DNA of 124,000 nucleotides from Hyalangium minutum (lineage in GTDB: Bacteria; Myxococcota; Myxococcia; Myxococcales; Myxococcaceae), in NCBI RefSeq assembly GCF_000737315.1, contig NZ_JMCB01000004.1, forward strand, positions 144,001-268,000, given 5' to 3'. The notes beneath the pieces were generated by a model, which was not told the origin of the DNA, ran no database searches, and saw only the letters and a program-made list of their open reading frames with translations. The translations under genes and the position numbers were made by a program. Shown piece after piece: positions 1 to 12,909 of the stretch (position 1 is the first letter of the stretch; each line of letters opens with the position of its first letter).

Positions 1-319
1 GGCGGCGAGCAATTGCGTGGTGATGGCGTACAGCGGCTCGGTGTCGTCACCGTCCTCTTCTCCACAGCCTGTGAGCAGGGACAGGGCCAGCATGGCGGCG
101 GAAAACCGCAGGGAAGAGAGGGCACCCAGATGCTTCATCGCAACAGCCTTTCCATGGAAATGAAATCGATAATCATTATCAATTTCAGTGCTCTATTAGG
201 AGGTGGCCGCGCCCCCTGTCAAGAAGAAGGGCTCTGTGGGTGGCGTCGTGTGGCTCGTGGGGATCGCGATCAGGGACGCGTTGCTACAGGTGGTGTACGT
301 CTGTACAGTGCACGGCCCC

Positions 320-2734
<2,415 letters not shown>

Positions 2735-2746
2735 GCGAGGTGCAGG

Positions 2747-4141
2747 GTGGACCTGAAGCGCAAGCTGGCACGGCTCTCGAGCATTGGCCCTGGCGGCAAG
2801 CCCGTGGCCACGGCTGCGCCCTCCGAGCCTGTTGCTGAGGCGGCTCCCGTCGCTTCGCCGCCCGCTCCCGAGCCGGAGGTGCGCAAGCCGCAGGATCCGC
2901 GTATCGCGGCGTTGCGCCAGATGCTGGGGGAGTGGTCCCAGCGCCGGGTCACCGCCGCAGGCCGCCGAGCTGCTCCGCCGCCGCCTCCGCCCCCGGGCCC
3001 GCTGCCCGCCGAGCCTCGGACGACGCCTCACGGAGTGGTCCACATCGCCGAGCGGTTGCTGCTGCCGGATCACCACCATGGCTCGGCTCCCGTGGCGGGC
3101 GCGTGTGACGTGGAGTCCGCGCTGGTGGCGAGCCTCGCGCTGGATCCCCGGCTGGCGGGCGTGGACTTCCAGCGGGTGCTCTACCTGGACACGGAGACGA
3201 CGGGGCTCGCGGGCGGCACCGGCACCGTGCCCTTCCTGGTGGGCCTGGCGTGGTTCGAGGGGCGCTCGCTCCGCGTGCAGCAGCTCTTCCTGAGCCGGCT
3301 GGGCGAGGAGGGACCCATGCTGCGCGTGCTGGCCGAGCGCATGGCCGGGTCCTCCTGCCTCATCACCTTCAATGGAAAGAGCTTCGACTGGCCGCTGCTG
3401 CGCACCCGCTTCGTGCTCAACCGCGTGCCCGTTCCCTCCGAGCTGCCGCACCTGGATCTGCTGCACTGCTCGCGGCGGGTGTTCAAGCACCGGGGCTCGG
3501 GGACGCGGCTGGTGCAGTTGGAGGAGCAGATCCTCGGGCACCGGCGCGTGGGCGACGTGGACGGCTCGCTGATCCCGGACCTCTACTTCCGCTTCCTGCG
3601 CGGCGGCAGCAGCGCGGCCCTCACGCCCGTGCTGGAGCACAACGCGAACGATCTCCTGCTCCTGGCGGCGCTGCTGGGTGAGCTGGTGCGGCGCTTCCGC
3701 ACCAGCCGCGGCGAGGAGGAGGATCCTCGGGACTTGCTCGGCTTCGCGGGCGTGGCGATGCGCGCCGGGGATTTCGAGCGGGCGCAGACCTTTGCCCAGG
3801 CTGCGGCCCGGGGCGGTGGCACGGTCAGCGTGGAGGCGCTCTCGCTGGCTTCCCGTCTGTCCCGCCGGGCAGGGGACTCCAAGAGCGCGGTGGACTTGCT
3901 GGAGCAGGCGCTCACCTCCGCGAGGGGCACCCAGGCCGCGCCGCTGCATCTGGCGCTCACCAAGCTGTACGAGCACTCGCTCAAGGATCTGGAGCGGGCC
4001 CTGCACCACGCGCGGCTCACCATGACCGCCGAGCTCCCCGAGGAGCAGCGCCACCGCATCTCTCGCCTGGAGCGCAAGCTGGGCCGGGGCTCAGGGGAGA
4101 ACGTGCTGGCGCTCGGGATGCCGCCTCGCGCCGGGCTCTAG
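2747..4141 (+). CDS. RNase H-like (DnaQ-type) exonuclease with TPR-like tail (MrfB/YprB-like)
   Basis: YLDTETTGL, TFNGKSFD, HLDLLH and HNANDLL motifs; directly downstream of the DUF1998 helicase. Confidence 0.82.
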   Translation: MDLKRKLARLSSIGPGGKPVATAAPSEPVAEAAPVASPPAPEPEVRKPQDPRIAALRQMLGEWSQRRVTAAGRRAAPPPPPPPGPLPAEPRTTPHGVVHIAERLLLPDHHHGSAPVAGACDVESALVASLALDPRLAGVDFQRVLYLDTETTGLAGGTGTVPFLVGLAWFEGRSLRVQQLFLSRLGEEGPMLRVLAERMAGSSCLITFNGKSFDWPLLRTRFVLNRVPVPSELPHLDLLHCSRRVFKHRGSGTRLVQLEEQILGHRRVGDVDGSLIPDLYFRFLRGGSSAALTPVLEHNANDLLLLAALLGELVRRFRTSRGEEEDPRDLLGFAGVAMRAGDFERAQTFAQAAARGGGTVSVEALSLASRLSRRAGDSKSAVDLLEQALTSARGTQAAPLHLALTKLYEHSLKDLERALHHARLTMTAELPEEQRHRISRLERKLGRGSGENVLALGMPPRAGL

Positions 4142-4818
4142 GTGGACGCAGGGCCCGTCCAGGTGAGCTCGTACTCGCTGTCGAGCGTCCCCGTCACCCG
4201 GCTCCGCACCTCCACGCCTTCCAGGCGCAGGGTCTCCATCAGGCACAGGAGCGCGCCCTCGTGGTACGCGGCGGGCATGAAGTCGCGCTTCATGACGAGC
4301 CGGCAGTGGCGGGGCCCCAGCCACTGCACGGTCCGCTCGCCGTAGCTCGTCGTGGTCCGGAAGAGCACGGGCAGGCTCGACAGCACGCGCCGCGGCTCGC
4401 TGAACGAGAAGGAGAGGAAGGTCTTCCCCGCGCTCGAGCCCAGGAAGTCCTTCATGCCCCGCTTGCCGAGCTTCCGCAGGGCACCCGAGAAGTCCTCGTC
4501 GCGGGTGCTCAGGCACTGCGCTCCCATGTAGACCAGGCGCAGGAAGTCCGGGATGGCGTACGGCAAGAAGTCGAAGTAGGGCGCCTGCCCGAGCAGCTTG
4601 CTGCAATGCCGCTCCTCTCGCTCGGTGGCCAGGTAGCGCACAGTGTCGAGCACGCCACTGAAGAACAGGCCGCGCACGGTGTCCGTGGGGGTCGCCAGCG
4701 CCAGGCGCTTCTTGAGATCCAGCAGCGCGTTGAGCGGCATCTCCATCTGCGCGGCGACGTCATGCGCGATCGCAGGGGGGCTGCTTCCGGCAGGTTCGTG
4801 GGAGAAGGAGGGGGTCAT
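4138..4818 (-). CDS. DUF2378 / TIGR02265-type myxobacterial protein
   Basis: DTVRGLFF, YxxxDFLRL, SYGER and FMPAAYHEG motifs; true start may be a downstream ATG. Confidence 0.7.
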   Translation of the reverse strand: MTPSFSHEPAGSSPPAIAHDVAAQMEMPLNALLDLKKRLALATPTDTVRGLFFSGVLDTVRYLATEREERHCSKLLGQAPYFDFLPYAIPDFLRLVYMGAQCLSTRDEDFSGALRKLGKRGMKDFLGSSAGKTFLSFSFSEPRRVLSSLPVLFRTTTSYGERTVQWLGPRHCRLVMKRDFMPAAYHEGALLCLMETLRLEGVEVRSRVTGTLDSEYELTWTGPAST

Positions 4819-4833
4819 AGGCCGTTCACCTAA

Positions 4834-4850
4834 AGCAACAGGAGTGCCAA
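4834..4850 (-). promoter_or_regulatory. sigma54 (-24/-12) promoter
   Basis: Minus strand TTGGCACTCCTGTTGCT, GG-N10-GC, near consensus, upstream of the DUF2378 gene. Confidence 0.75.
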
Positions 4851-5140
4851 CAGCGGGCGCTCCACTGGAGGCCCTGGCGAGCGACTGGGCGCCCTCTCAC
4901 CGGAAGTGTTTCGTCCTGCCACGGCCCCCAGGTCCACACCCGGCTTCCTCGCTCTGAAACTGTAAAAAGGAGGGCCCTCCTGCGATGGGGGAGGCGAAAA
5001 GATTCAGTGCACTTTAGGGAGGGTTGCGCGGCCTGGCGGGCGGCCGCCTGGGATCGTCCACGGGGGAACGAGCAGGGAATTTCCGGAAAAGAAGGGCGGT
5101 TCGCGGGCACGCCGCGGATTAAGTTCCGGCCCGGCAACCG

Positions 5141-8110
5141 ATGCGGAAATGGCTCGTCATAGGGGCGGTGTGTGTCCTGGCGGTGGTGGGCGCGGCTGTG
5201 TTCTGGCTCCAGCCCGAGCCCGTGACGCCCTTGCGTGTTCCGGCATCGGAGACTGCCGCGGCGCGCCCCCTGCCGGACTTCCAGGCGGTGGAGGTGTCCT
5301 CTGGGGAGGCCGAGGGGCTGGCCCTCACGGGCCGTGTCTTGGAGCCCTCGGGGCGTCCCATCCCGGGCGCGGAGGTGTTCCTCGCGGCGAGCGCGCAGAA
5401 GACGCTCACCTCCGTGCGCTGTGACGAGTGCGGCTTGCCGCTGCTGTCCTGTCCGGCCCGTGAGAGTGGCATTCAGTCGCTGGCCTTCTTCGAGCACCAG
5501 CACGGCTTCCTTACCCCACGGGCCACCGTGCGCACGGACGCTCAGGGGAAGTTCCGCTTCGAGCGCTTGGCCGGAGTCTCCTTCTCGGTGTGGGCGAAGG
5601 CGGCGGGCTTCGGCGTGGCGATGCGCGAGCGCGCCGCCCCAGGCGAGCCGGTGGAGCTGTTCCTGCCCGCCCTGCGCACCATCACGGGGCAGGTGGTGGA
5701 TGACGGCGGGCAGCCCATTCCGAACGCCCACATCTACGCAGTGTCTCGGCGCACGGCGCTGCCCGCCGAGGCGGTGGCGGGAGGCGAGGGCCTCTTCACG
5801 TTGGACGGGCTGGGCGAGGGGCCGTTCTACCTCGTGGCCAGCGCCGAGGGCTTCCTGCCCACGGTGGAGCCGCAGGTGGAGGCGGGTCCGCAGAGGGTGC
5901 GACTGCGGCTGACGCCGACGCGCACGCTCGAGGTGCGCGTGGTGCGCGATGGCGCACCCATGGCGGCCACCGTGAGGCTGAAGGCCGATCACCTGTCGCG
6001 CGAGCTGCGCACGCAGGGCGAGCCGGCTCGGTTCACCGGGCTCTACCCGGACGAGGTGGTCATCACCGCTGAGTCCGGGAGCCTGGGGTCGACGCCTCGC
6101 ACCATCACCCTGCAGGAGCGCGTCACCCAGGTGACGATGGAACTGGAGGAGGCGGGCAAGCTGCTCGTCACGGTGGTGGATGACGCGGGCCAGCCCGTGC
6201 CCCAGCCCGAGGTGACGCTGCGCACCGTCACAGGCGAGGTGATCCGCCGGGAGAAGGGCGCCACGGGAGCGCTCGTGGAGCTGGGGCCCATCGCCATCGG
6301 AGACTACCTGGTGCACGGACACACCGAGGGCTTCCAGGACGTGGAGCTCCCCGTGCGCGTGCGGTCCGGAGAGACGCCCGTCGAGCTGGAGATGACGCAG
6401 GCGACGCTCATCTCCGGCCAGGTGATCGACGAGTACGGGCGGCCGGCGCCCAATGTCTCCGTGCTGGTGCAGCCCATTGGGGACACGGTGCTCGCGGACG
6501 CGGATGGGCACTTCGTGGCGCAGGTGCCCTCGCCGGGACTGTACGAGCTGCACGCGCACCACTCCGAGTGGGGCGGTGGCAAGGTGAAGGTGACGGCGCC
6601 CGCCTCGGGGGTGCGGCTGGAGCTGGAGCCGGCCGCGGCCATCGAGGTGACCGTCACCGCCGAGGGCCGCCGGGTGGAGGGCGCGGACGTGGTCCTCTGG
6701 GTGGAGCAGCAGGGGCTCTTCCGCAGCGATCGGCCCTCGGGGCCGGACGGCGTGGTGCCCATGCGAGGCTTGCCGGAGGGCACGTACTGGATGGTGGCCT
6801 CGCACCCGGATTACCTGCCCTCGGATCGGAAGCAGGTGAGGGTGGACGGGGAGCAGGTGGTGAAGGTCACCGCCGAGCTCAAGCCGGGGGCCATGCTCTC
6901 TGGGGACGTGATGGACGAGCAGGGAGCTCCCGTGAGTGGGGCCACCTTGACGGTGATGCCTCGGGGCGCGGAGCCCGCGGCGAGCGATGCACGCGGGCAC
7001 TTCGAGATCCGCGCGCTGCGGCCGGAGCGCACCTACCGGGTGGAGGCACGCCACCCCGGCTACGATCAGGTGGACAAGGCCGATGGCACGCCGGGGGGGC
7101 CGCCGGTGAAGGTGGTGCTCAAGCGCCGGCCGGTGTTCCGAGGCCGCGTGGTGGCCGATGACGGAACGCCGGTGAAGCGCTACCGCCTGGACGAGCACGA
7201 CATCTCCACGCCGGATGGGCGCTTCGAGGTCTCCCTGCCAGTGGCAGGGGAGCAGGTCATGGTCTCGGTGGACGCCCCAGGCTACGAGCCGATGATGGTG
7301 GAGCGGCCCGTGGCGCCGGATCTCGGGGACCTGGTGCTGCAGCGCGCGCCCACGCTCTCCGGGCTGGTGCGAGACGAGGGCGGCGCGCCAGTGGCGGACG
7401 CGGTGGTGACGTGCGAGGTGTGCGACGAGTCCGTGCTCTCGGGGCCGGATGGGCGCTTCTCCATCGCCAGTCCGCCGTACGTGGTGCAGTACTCGGTGTC
7501 GGCGCGCAAGGGCCGCCTGAGCGCGACGGAGACGCTGAGCCGGGGAAACACGTCGACCCTGGTGCTGACGCTGCGTCCGGCGACGCGGGTGAGCGGCACG
7601 GTGTACCTGCCGGGCGGACAGCCCGCGCCGGGCTACCAGCTGGACGGGGTGAACACCGAGCGCGGCGATGCGGTCGTCGTGGTGACGGGGCCGGACGGGC
7701 AGTACAGCGTGGACATGGCGCCGGGCAGCTACCGCTTCATGCTCGGGGAGGATCGCGAGTTCGCCGGAGAGCCCGCGCTGCTGGTGCGCGTCGAGGGCCC
7801 GTCGATGCGCCTGGACTTCGGAGCGGCGCCGGGCTCGGGCTCGCTCACGGTGACAGTCAAGCCCGAGCGAGGCAAGGCGCTCTGGGTGGTGGCGGGGGAT
7901 TCGCCTCCGGTCAACTCTCCGCTGGAGCTGATGCGCTCGCGCTATGCGCAGATGGTCTACCAGCCGCGCTCGGAGCGGGTGACGCTGCAGGGCCTGCCGC
8001 CGGGGCGCTACACGGTGGTGTGGGCGAGCTTCCACGCCGAGGCGCCCGAGGGGCCCATGGTCCGCACGGTGGAGATCCCCGGGGCGCAGGAAGTCTCCAT
8101 GGTGCGCTGA
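5141..8110 (+). CDS. Membrane-anchored carboxypeptidase-regulatory-like repeat protein
   Basis: N-terminal TM helix; repeated GxVxDxxGxPvxGA beta-sandwich units. Confidence 0.75.
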   Translation: MRKWLVIGAVCVLAVVGAAVFWLQPEPVTPLRVPASETAAARPLPDFQAVEVSSGEAEGLALTGRVLEPSGRPIPGAEVFLAASAQKTLTSVRCDECGLPLLSCPARESGIQSLAFFEHQHGFLTPRATVRTDAQGKFRFERLAGVSFSVWAKAAGFGVAMRERAAPGEPVELFLPALRTITGQVVDDGGQPIPNAHIYAVSRRTALPAEAVAGGEGLFTLDGLGEGPFYLVASAEGFLPTVEPQVEAGPQRVRLRLTPTRTLEVRVVRDGAPMAATVRLKADHLSRELRTQGEPARFTGLYPDEVVITAESGSLGSTPRTITLQERVTQVTMELEEAGKLLVTVVDDAGQPVPQPEVTLRTVTGEVIRREKGATGALVELGPIAIGDYLVHGHTEGFQDVELPVRVRSGETPVELEMTQATLISGQVIDEYGRPAPNVSVLVQPIGDTVLADADGHFVAQVPSPGLYELHAHHSEWGGGKVKVTAPASGVRLELEPAAAIEVTVTAEGRRVEGADVVLWVEQQGLFRSDRPSGPDGVVPMRGLPEGTYWMVASHPDYLPSDRKQVRVDGEQVVKVTAELKPGAMLSGDVMDEQGAPVSGATLTVMPRGAEPAASDARGHFEIRALRPERTYRVEARHPGYDQVDKADGTPGGPPVKVVLKRRPVFRGRVVADDGTPVKRYRLDEHDISTPDGRFEVSLPVAGEQVMVSVDAPGYEPMMVERPVAPDLGDLVLQRAPTLSGLVRDEGGAPVADAVVTCEVCDESVLSGPDGRFSIASPPYVVQYSVSARKGRLSATETLSRGNTSTLVLTLRPATRVSGTVYLPGGQPAPGYQLDGVNTERGDAVVVVTGPDGQYSVDMAPGSYRFMLGEDREFAGEPALLVRVEGPSMRLDFGAAPGSGSLTVTVKPERGKALWVVAGDSPPVNSPLELMRSRYAQMVYQPRSERVTLQGLPPGRYTVVWASFHAEAPEGPMVRTVEIPGAQEVSMVR

Positions 8111-8170
8111 GCGCGGGCGGAGAATGGCCGTGAGGTTGCGAGCCCGCCCGCTCGCGCATATGGAAGTCTC

Positions 8171-9406
8171 ATGGACGCATCGGTTCTGCAGGGCCGCCGG
8201 GTCATCGTGGGAGTCGGCGGAGGCATCGCGGCGTACAAGGCGTGCGAGCTCGTGCGCGAGCTGCAGCGAGCAGGCGCTCAGGTGCGCGTCGCCATGACGG
8301 AGGCGGCGAAGCAGTTCGTCACGCCGCTGACCTTCCAGGCGCTCAGCGGGCACCCGGTGCTCACGGACTATTTCGATCCGAACCAGGAAGGAAACTTCGG
8401 GCACCTGGACTTGGCGCGCTGGGCGGAGCTGTTCGTCGTGGCTCCGGCGACAGCGGACCTCATCGCGCGCATCCGGGCGGGGATGGCGGGGGACGCGGTC
8501 ACCACGTCGCTGCTGGCCTTCAAGGGCCCGGTGGTGCTGGCTCCGGCGATGAACGTGGCGATGTGGCAGAACGCGCTGACGCAGCAGAACGTGGCGGCGC
8601 TGGTGGCGGATCCGCGCTTCACGTTCGCGGGGCCGGACGCGGGGCTGCTGGCCTGCGGAGACGTGGGAGCGGGACGGCTCACGGAGGTGAAGGAGATCGT
8701 CGCCGAGGCGGCGGCGCGGATAGGCCAAGGGCCTCTGACGGGCAAGAAGGTGCTGCTGACGGCGGGCCCCACGCGCGAGTTCCTGGATCCGGTGCGGTTC
8801 ATCTCGAATCCCTCGACAGGGAAGATGGGGCTGGCGCTGGCGGAGGCGGCTCGGAAGCTGGGCGCGAAGGTGACGGTGGTGCTGGGGCCGGTGGGGGCAG
8901 TGGATCGCACGGGCCTCGAGGTGGTGGACGTGGTGAGCGCCGAGGACATGGCGCGCGAGGTGCTCTCTCGGGTGGAGGCGGTGGACTGGTTCATCGCCTC
9001 GGCGGCGGTGAGCGACTGGCGGCCGGAGACGCGGGCCCCGCAGAAGGTGAAGAAGGGCGAATCCCCCGAGGTGCTCAAGCTGGTGCGCACGCCGGATGTG
9101 CTCGCGGAGGCCTCGAAGAAGGTGGCGGGAGCGCCGAGGCGGCCGCTGCTGGTGGGCTTCGCCGCGGAGACGGAGCGGGTGCTGGAGCACGCCCGGGAGA
9201 AGCTGGAGCGCAAGAACCTGGACGCCATCGTCGCCAACGACGTGACGGTGCCCGGCGCGGGCTTCGGGACGGACACCAACCGGGTGACGGTGCTCTCCCG
9301 TACAGGGGTACGGAAAGACCTGGAGGGCACCAAGCTCCAGGTGGCGCAGGGGATTCTGGAACTGCTGCTGAGCCTCCCTCCGGCCGTGCCTGGGAGCGGC
9401 AGGTGA
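8171..9406 (+). CDS. coaBC: Phosphopantothenoylcysteine decarboxylase/ligase
   Basis: GGIAAYK, APAMNVAM, TAGPTRE.LDPVRFISNPSTGKMG, GFAAET. Confidence 0.95.
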   Translation: MDASVLQGRRVIVGVGGGIAAYKACELVRELQRAGAQVRVAMTEAAKQFVTPLTFQALSGHPVLTDYFDPNQEGNFGHLDLARWAELFVVAPATADLIARIRAGMAGDAVTTSLLAFKGPVVLAPAMNVAMWQNALTQQNVAALVADPRFTFAGPDAGLLACGDVGAGRLTEVKEIVAEAAARIGQGPLTGKKVLLTAGPTREFLDPVRFISNPSTGKMGLALAEAARKLGAKVTVVLGPVGAVDRTGLEVVDVVSAEDMAREVLSRVEAVDWFIASAAVSDWRPETRAPQKVKKGESPEVLKLVRTPDVLAEASKKVAGAPRRPLLVGFAAETERVLEHAREKLERKNLDAIVANDVTVPGAGFGTDTNRVTVLSRTGVRKDLEGTKLQVAQGILELLLSLPPAVPGSGR

Positions 9407-9554
9407 CGCGGCAGGTTGGATCGGCGGGAGCCTACCTGTAAGATGGTGCCGTTGACCATGGCGCCATGCTCGCCCCTGCGGTAAGCGTGCGGGAGGCGGG
9501 CTCAGGCTGGCTCCTTGAACCGGAGGCACCGCCTCCATTACCGATCGGGCTAAC

Positions 9555-10529
9555 GTGAGCGACCCGCGCGACTCCGCCGAAGAACTGGATGAAGCTGTCG
9601 AGGACCTGCGCCGCCACCTCCTATGGCAGGAGGAGACAGGCGGCCGGGCACTGCTCGTAGACGCGGCCAAGCTGTCGGCCGAGCGCTCGGCTTCCCTCCG
9701 GGCGATGATGCCTCCTCGGGGGGCCAAGGCCCCTGCCGCTCCCGAGAGCCCTGCGGCTCCGGAATCTGCCGCTGCTCCGGAGGCCCCCGCGCCTCATCCG
9801 GCTCCCATGCCTGCCCGCTCGCTGGCTCCCGAGGCCCCTGCCAGAGCCCCGGCTGCCTCCCGAGCGGAGCCTCCCGCTGCGGCGAGCAAGGGGATGCTCT
9901 TTGACGTGCCGCAGCAAGCGCCGCCGTACCCAGGCCCGTTGCCGGGCGTGGTGGAGGGCCAGCGCCCCATGCTGGACGAGATCCGGCGCGAACTCGGGGA
10001 CTGCCGGCGCTGCAAGCTGTGCACGGGGCGCAAGAACATCGTGTTCGGGGTGGGCAACCCGCGGGCGGAGCTGGTCTTCGTGGGCGAGGGCCCGGGAGAG
10101 CAAGAGGACCTGCAGGGGGTGCCCTTCGTCGGCCCAGCGGGTGAGCTGCTGACGAAGATGATCCAGGCGATGGGGTTCTCGCGGGATCAGGTCTACATCT
10201 GCAACGTGGTGAAGTGCCGGCCGCCGGGCAACCGCAACCCGGAGCCGGACGAGATCACCGCGTGCGAGCCGTTCTTGCGCTCGCAGTTGTTGGCGCTGCA
10301 GCCCAAGGTGATCGTGGCGCTGGGGAAGTTCGCAGCACAGACGTTGCTGCGGGACTCCACGCCGATTACGCGGCTGCGGGGGCAGTGGCGGGAGTACCAG
10401 GGGGTGAAGCTGATGCCCACCTTCCACCCGGCGTACCTCCTCCGGAGCCCGGCTGAGAAGAAAAAGGCCTGGGAAGATTTGCAGCAGGTGATGAAGATCT
10501 TCGGTAAGCAACCCGGCTCCCGCACCTGA
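9555..10529 (+). CDS. Uracil-DNA glycosylase family 4 with Pro/Ala-rich N-terminus
   Basis: [30 protein letters not shown]. Confidence 0.92.
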   Translation: MSDPRDSAEELDEAVEDLRRHLLWQEETGGRALLVDAAKLSAERSASLRAMMPPRGAKAPAAPESPAAPESAAAPEAPAPHPAPMPARSLAPEAPARAPAASRAEPPAAASKGMLFDVPQQAPPYPGPLPGVVEGQRPMLDEIRRELGDCRRCKLCTGRKNIVFGVGNPRAELVFVGEGPGEQEDLQGVPFVGPAGELLTKMIQAMGFSRDQVYICNVVKCRPPGNRNPEPDEITACEPFLRSQLLALQPKVIVALGKFAAQTLLRDSTPITRLRGQWREYQGVKLMPTFHPAYLLRSPAEKKKAWEDLQQVMKIFGKQPGSRT

Positions 10530-10553
10530 GGGGAGCCCGGAGGGGAGTCACGG

Positions 10554-11561
10554 ATGAAGGGAGTACTCGAGACGCGCGAGCTGCCATCGCCCGCGCTGGA
10601 GTCGAACCCGCTGGCGGACGTCGCTCGCCGGCAGCTGAGGGTGTACCTGCCGCCGGGGTACAACGAGGGCAGCCAGCGCTACCCCACCGTGTACTTCCTG
10701 CACGCCTTCTCCAACAGCGGCGCCTCGTGGACGAACGTGTCAGCGTTCGGGCTCAACGCGCTGGACCGGCTGGACGGGTTGATCGAGGCCGGGACGATTC
10801 CTCCGGTGATTGGCGTGTTCCCGGACGGGTGGACGGCGCTGGGCGGGAGCCAGTGGATCAACAGTGACGCGATTGGGCGCTACCGGGACTACGTGGCCAA
10901 GGACGTGCTGGGCTTCGTGGACCGCACGTACCGGACGCTGCCGAAGGCGGCCTCGCGGGCGGTGGTGGGGCACAGCTCGGGCGGGTACGGAGCGCTGGTG
11001 ATGGGGCGCTACCACCCGGAGCTGTTCAGCCACCTGGGGAGCCACGCGGGCGACTGCTACTTCGAGTACTGCTACCTGCCGGATCTGCCCAAGGCGGCGG
11101 GGGCGCTGCTGAAGGCGGGCGGGGTGGAGGCCTGGTACCAGGACTTCAAGAAGCGCTCACGGGAGACGAAGCCGCGGAGTGACGACTTCACGGTGATCAA
11201 CGTGCTGGCGATGGCGGCGGCGTACTCGCCGAAGAAGGGCGAGCCGCTGAACCTGGAGCTGCCGTTCGATCCGCAGACGGGGCGGCTGAAGCTGGACGTG
11301 TGGAACCGGTGGCTGGTGCACGATCCGGTGCGGTTCGTGCCGAAGTTCCTGGATGCGTTCAAGAAGATGAAGTCGGTATTCCTCGACTGCGGGACGCGGG
11401 ACGAGTTCAACTTGCGCTGGGGCACGCGCATGCTGGCCGAGGAGTTCAAGGCAAGCGGCGCGGAGCTGTGCCACGAGGAGTTCGAGGACTCGCACTCGGG
11501 GGTGACGTACCGGTTCGAGCGCTCGCTGGGGTTCCTGGTTCCGCGGATGGCGCGGGAGTGA
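10554..11561 (+). CDS. Alpha/beta-hydrolase esterase (Fes-like)
   Basis: VYLPPGY, GHSSGG nucleophile elbow, C-terminal His (FEDSH). Confidence 0.8.
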   Translation: MKGVLETRELPSPALESNPLADVARRQLRVYLPPGYNEGSQRYPTVYFLHAFSNSGASWTNVSAFGLNALDRLDGLIEAGTIPPVIGVFPDGWTALGGSQWINSDAIGRYRDYVAKDVLGFVDRTYRTLPKAASRAVVGHSSGGYGALVMGRYHPELFSHLGSHAGDCYFEYCYLPDLPKAAGALLKAGGVEAWYQDFKKRSRETKPRSDDFTVINVLAMAAAYSPKKGEPLNLELPFDPQTGRLKLDVWNRWLVHDPVRFVPKFLDAFKKMKSVFLDCGTRDEFNLRWGTRMLAEEFKASGAELCHEEFEDSHSGVTYRFERSLGFLVPRMARE

Positions 11562-11562
11562 C

Positions 11563-12600
11563 GTGACGATGATTTCCGATCCCTACGGACTGAGCCGCGT
11601 TGTCGGTGAGAAGGGCGTGCTGCCGCAGCGGGCGCGCAAGCTGGAGCCGTCGCTGCCGTGTCGCGAGGCGGAACTGCTCATCGACGTGGAGAGCCTCAAC
11701 ATCGACGCGGCGTCCTTCAAGCAGATCAAGGACGACGTGGGTGCAGAGCCCGCGAAGATCGCGGCGCGCATCCAAGAGATCGTGCGCGAGCGCGGCAAGA
11801 TGCAGAACCCGGTGACGGGCTCGGGCGGCATGTTGCTGGGGCGGGTGAAGGAGATCGGGCCGAAGCACCCGGCTCGAGGGACGCTGAAGGTGGGCGACCG
11901 GATCGCGACGTTGGTGAGCCTGTCGCTGACGCCGCTGGTGATCGAGGAGATCAAAGCGGTGCACGTGGAGATCGACCGGGTGGACATCCGGGGGCACGCG
12001 ATCCTGTTTGCGTCGGGGATCTACGCGAAGCTGCCGTCGGACATGCCGGACACGCTGGCGCTGGCGGCGCTGGACGTGTGCGGGGCTCCGGCGCTGGTAG
12101 CGCGGTACGTGAAGCCAGGGATGACGGTGGCGGTGCTGGGAGCGGGGAAGAGCGGGGCACTGTGCCTGGCGCAGGCGCGGAAGGATCTGAAGGGGCAGGG
12201 GAAGGTGCTGGCGCTGGATATCTCGGAGAAGGCGCTGGCGGCGCTGTCCGGGATTGGTCTGTGCGACACGGCACTGAAGGTGGACGCGACACAGGCGGTG
12301 GACGTGATGGAGGCGGTGTCGCAGGCGACGGGCGGAGCGTTGTGCGATCTGGTGGTGAACTGCGCCTCGGTGGGGAACACGGAGATGGCCTCGATCCTGT
12401 CGGTGAAGGATGGGGGCACGGTGATCTTCTTCTCCATGGCCACGAGCTTCACGGCGGCGGCGCTGGGGGCGGAGGGGGTGGGCAAGGACGTCACGATGCT
12501 GGTGGGCAACGGCTACGCGCCCGGCCACGCGGACCTCACGCTGGACCTGTTGCGCTCCGAACCCGCTCTCCGCAAGCTCTTCGAGACGCGCTACGTCTGA
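11563..12600 (+). CDS. kdd: L-erythro-3,5-diaminohexanoate dehydrogenase
   Basis: ESLNIDAASF, NPVTGSGGML, ATLVSLSLTP, LDVCGAP, GNGY; lies among kam/kal/kce genes. Confidence 0.88.
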   Translation: MTMISDPYGLSRVVGEKGVLPQRARKLEPSLPCREAELLIDVESLNIDAASFKQIKDDVGAEPAKIAARIQEIVRERGKMQNPVTGSGGMLLGRVKEIGPKHPARGTLKVGDRIATLVSLSLTPLVIEEIKAVHVEIDRVDIRGHAILFASGIYAKLPSDMPDTLALAALDVCGAPALVARYVKPGMTVAVLGAGKSGALCLAQARKDLKGQGKVLALDISEKALAALSGIGLCDTALKVDATQAVDVMEAVSQATGGALCDLVVNCASVGNTEMASILSVKDGGTVIFFSMATSFTAAALGAEGVGKDVTMLVGNGYAPGHADLTLDLLRSEPALRKLFETRYV

Positions 12601-12630
12601 GGAAGGCAGGGCTTCAGGTTCTGCCCTTCC
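12601..12630. terminator. Hairpin between convergent kdd and parE
   Basis: ggaaggcag...ctgcccttcc near-perfect inverted repeat. Confidence 0.45.
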
Positions 12631-12909
12631 ACACCGCAGGTCGGCGGCGGACGTGGAGGCACGCGATCACGCTGATGCGCCCCTCATCCACCACGAAGAA
12701 GACGCCATAGGGAAAGCGTCGGAGCAGTGCGCGTCTGATGCGTGGGTGGACGAGCGTGTGGCTGTCGGGCTGCGCTGGATGCCCGCGAGGCAAGTCTCCA
12801 GCGCCTGAAGAAACTCAGCACCCAGGCCCTTGCCCCGTTGCTCGTACCACTGGACAGCGTCCGCGATGTCTGCTTGCGCGGGCTTGCGAAGCTCTAACGC
12901 GCGCTTCAC
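12614..12909 (-). pseudogene. ParE/RelE-family toxin with 1-nt frameshift
   Basis: N-half MKRALELRKPAQADIADAVQWYE continues in a shifted frame as SHTLVHPRIRRALLRRFPYGVFFVVDEGRISVIACLHVRRRPAVWKGRT*; span 296 nt = 99 codons minus 1 nt. Confidence 0.8.
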
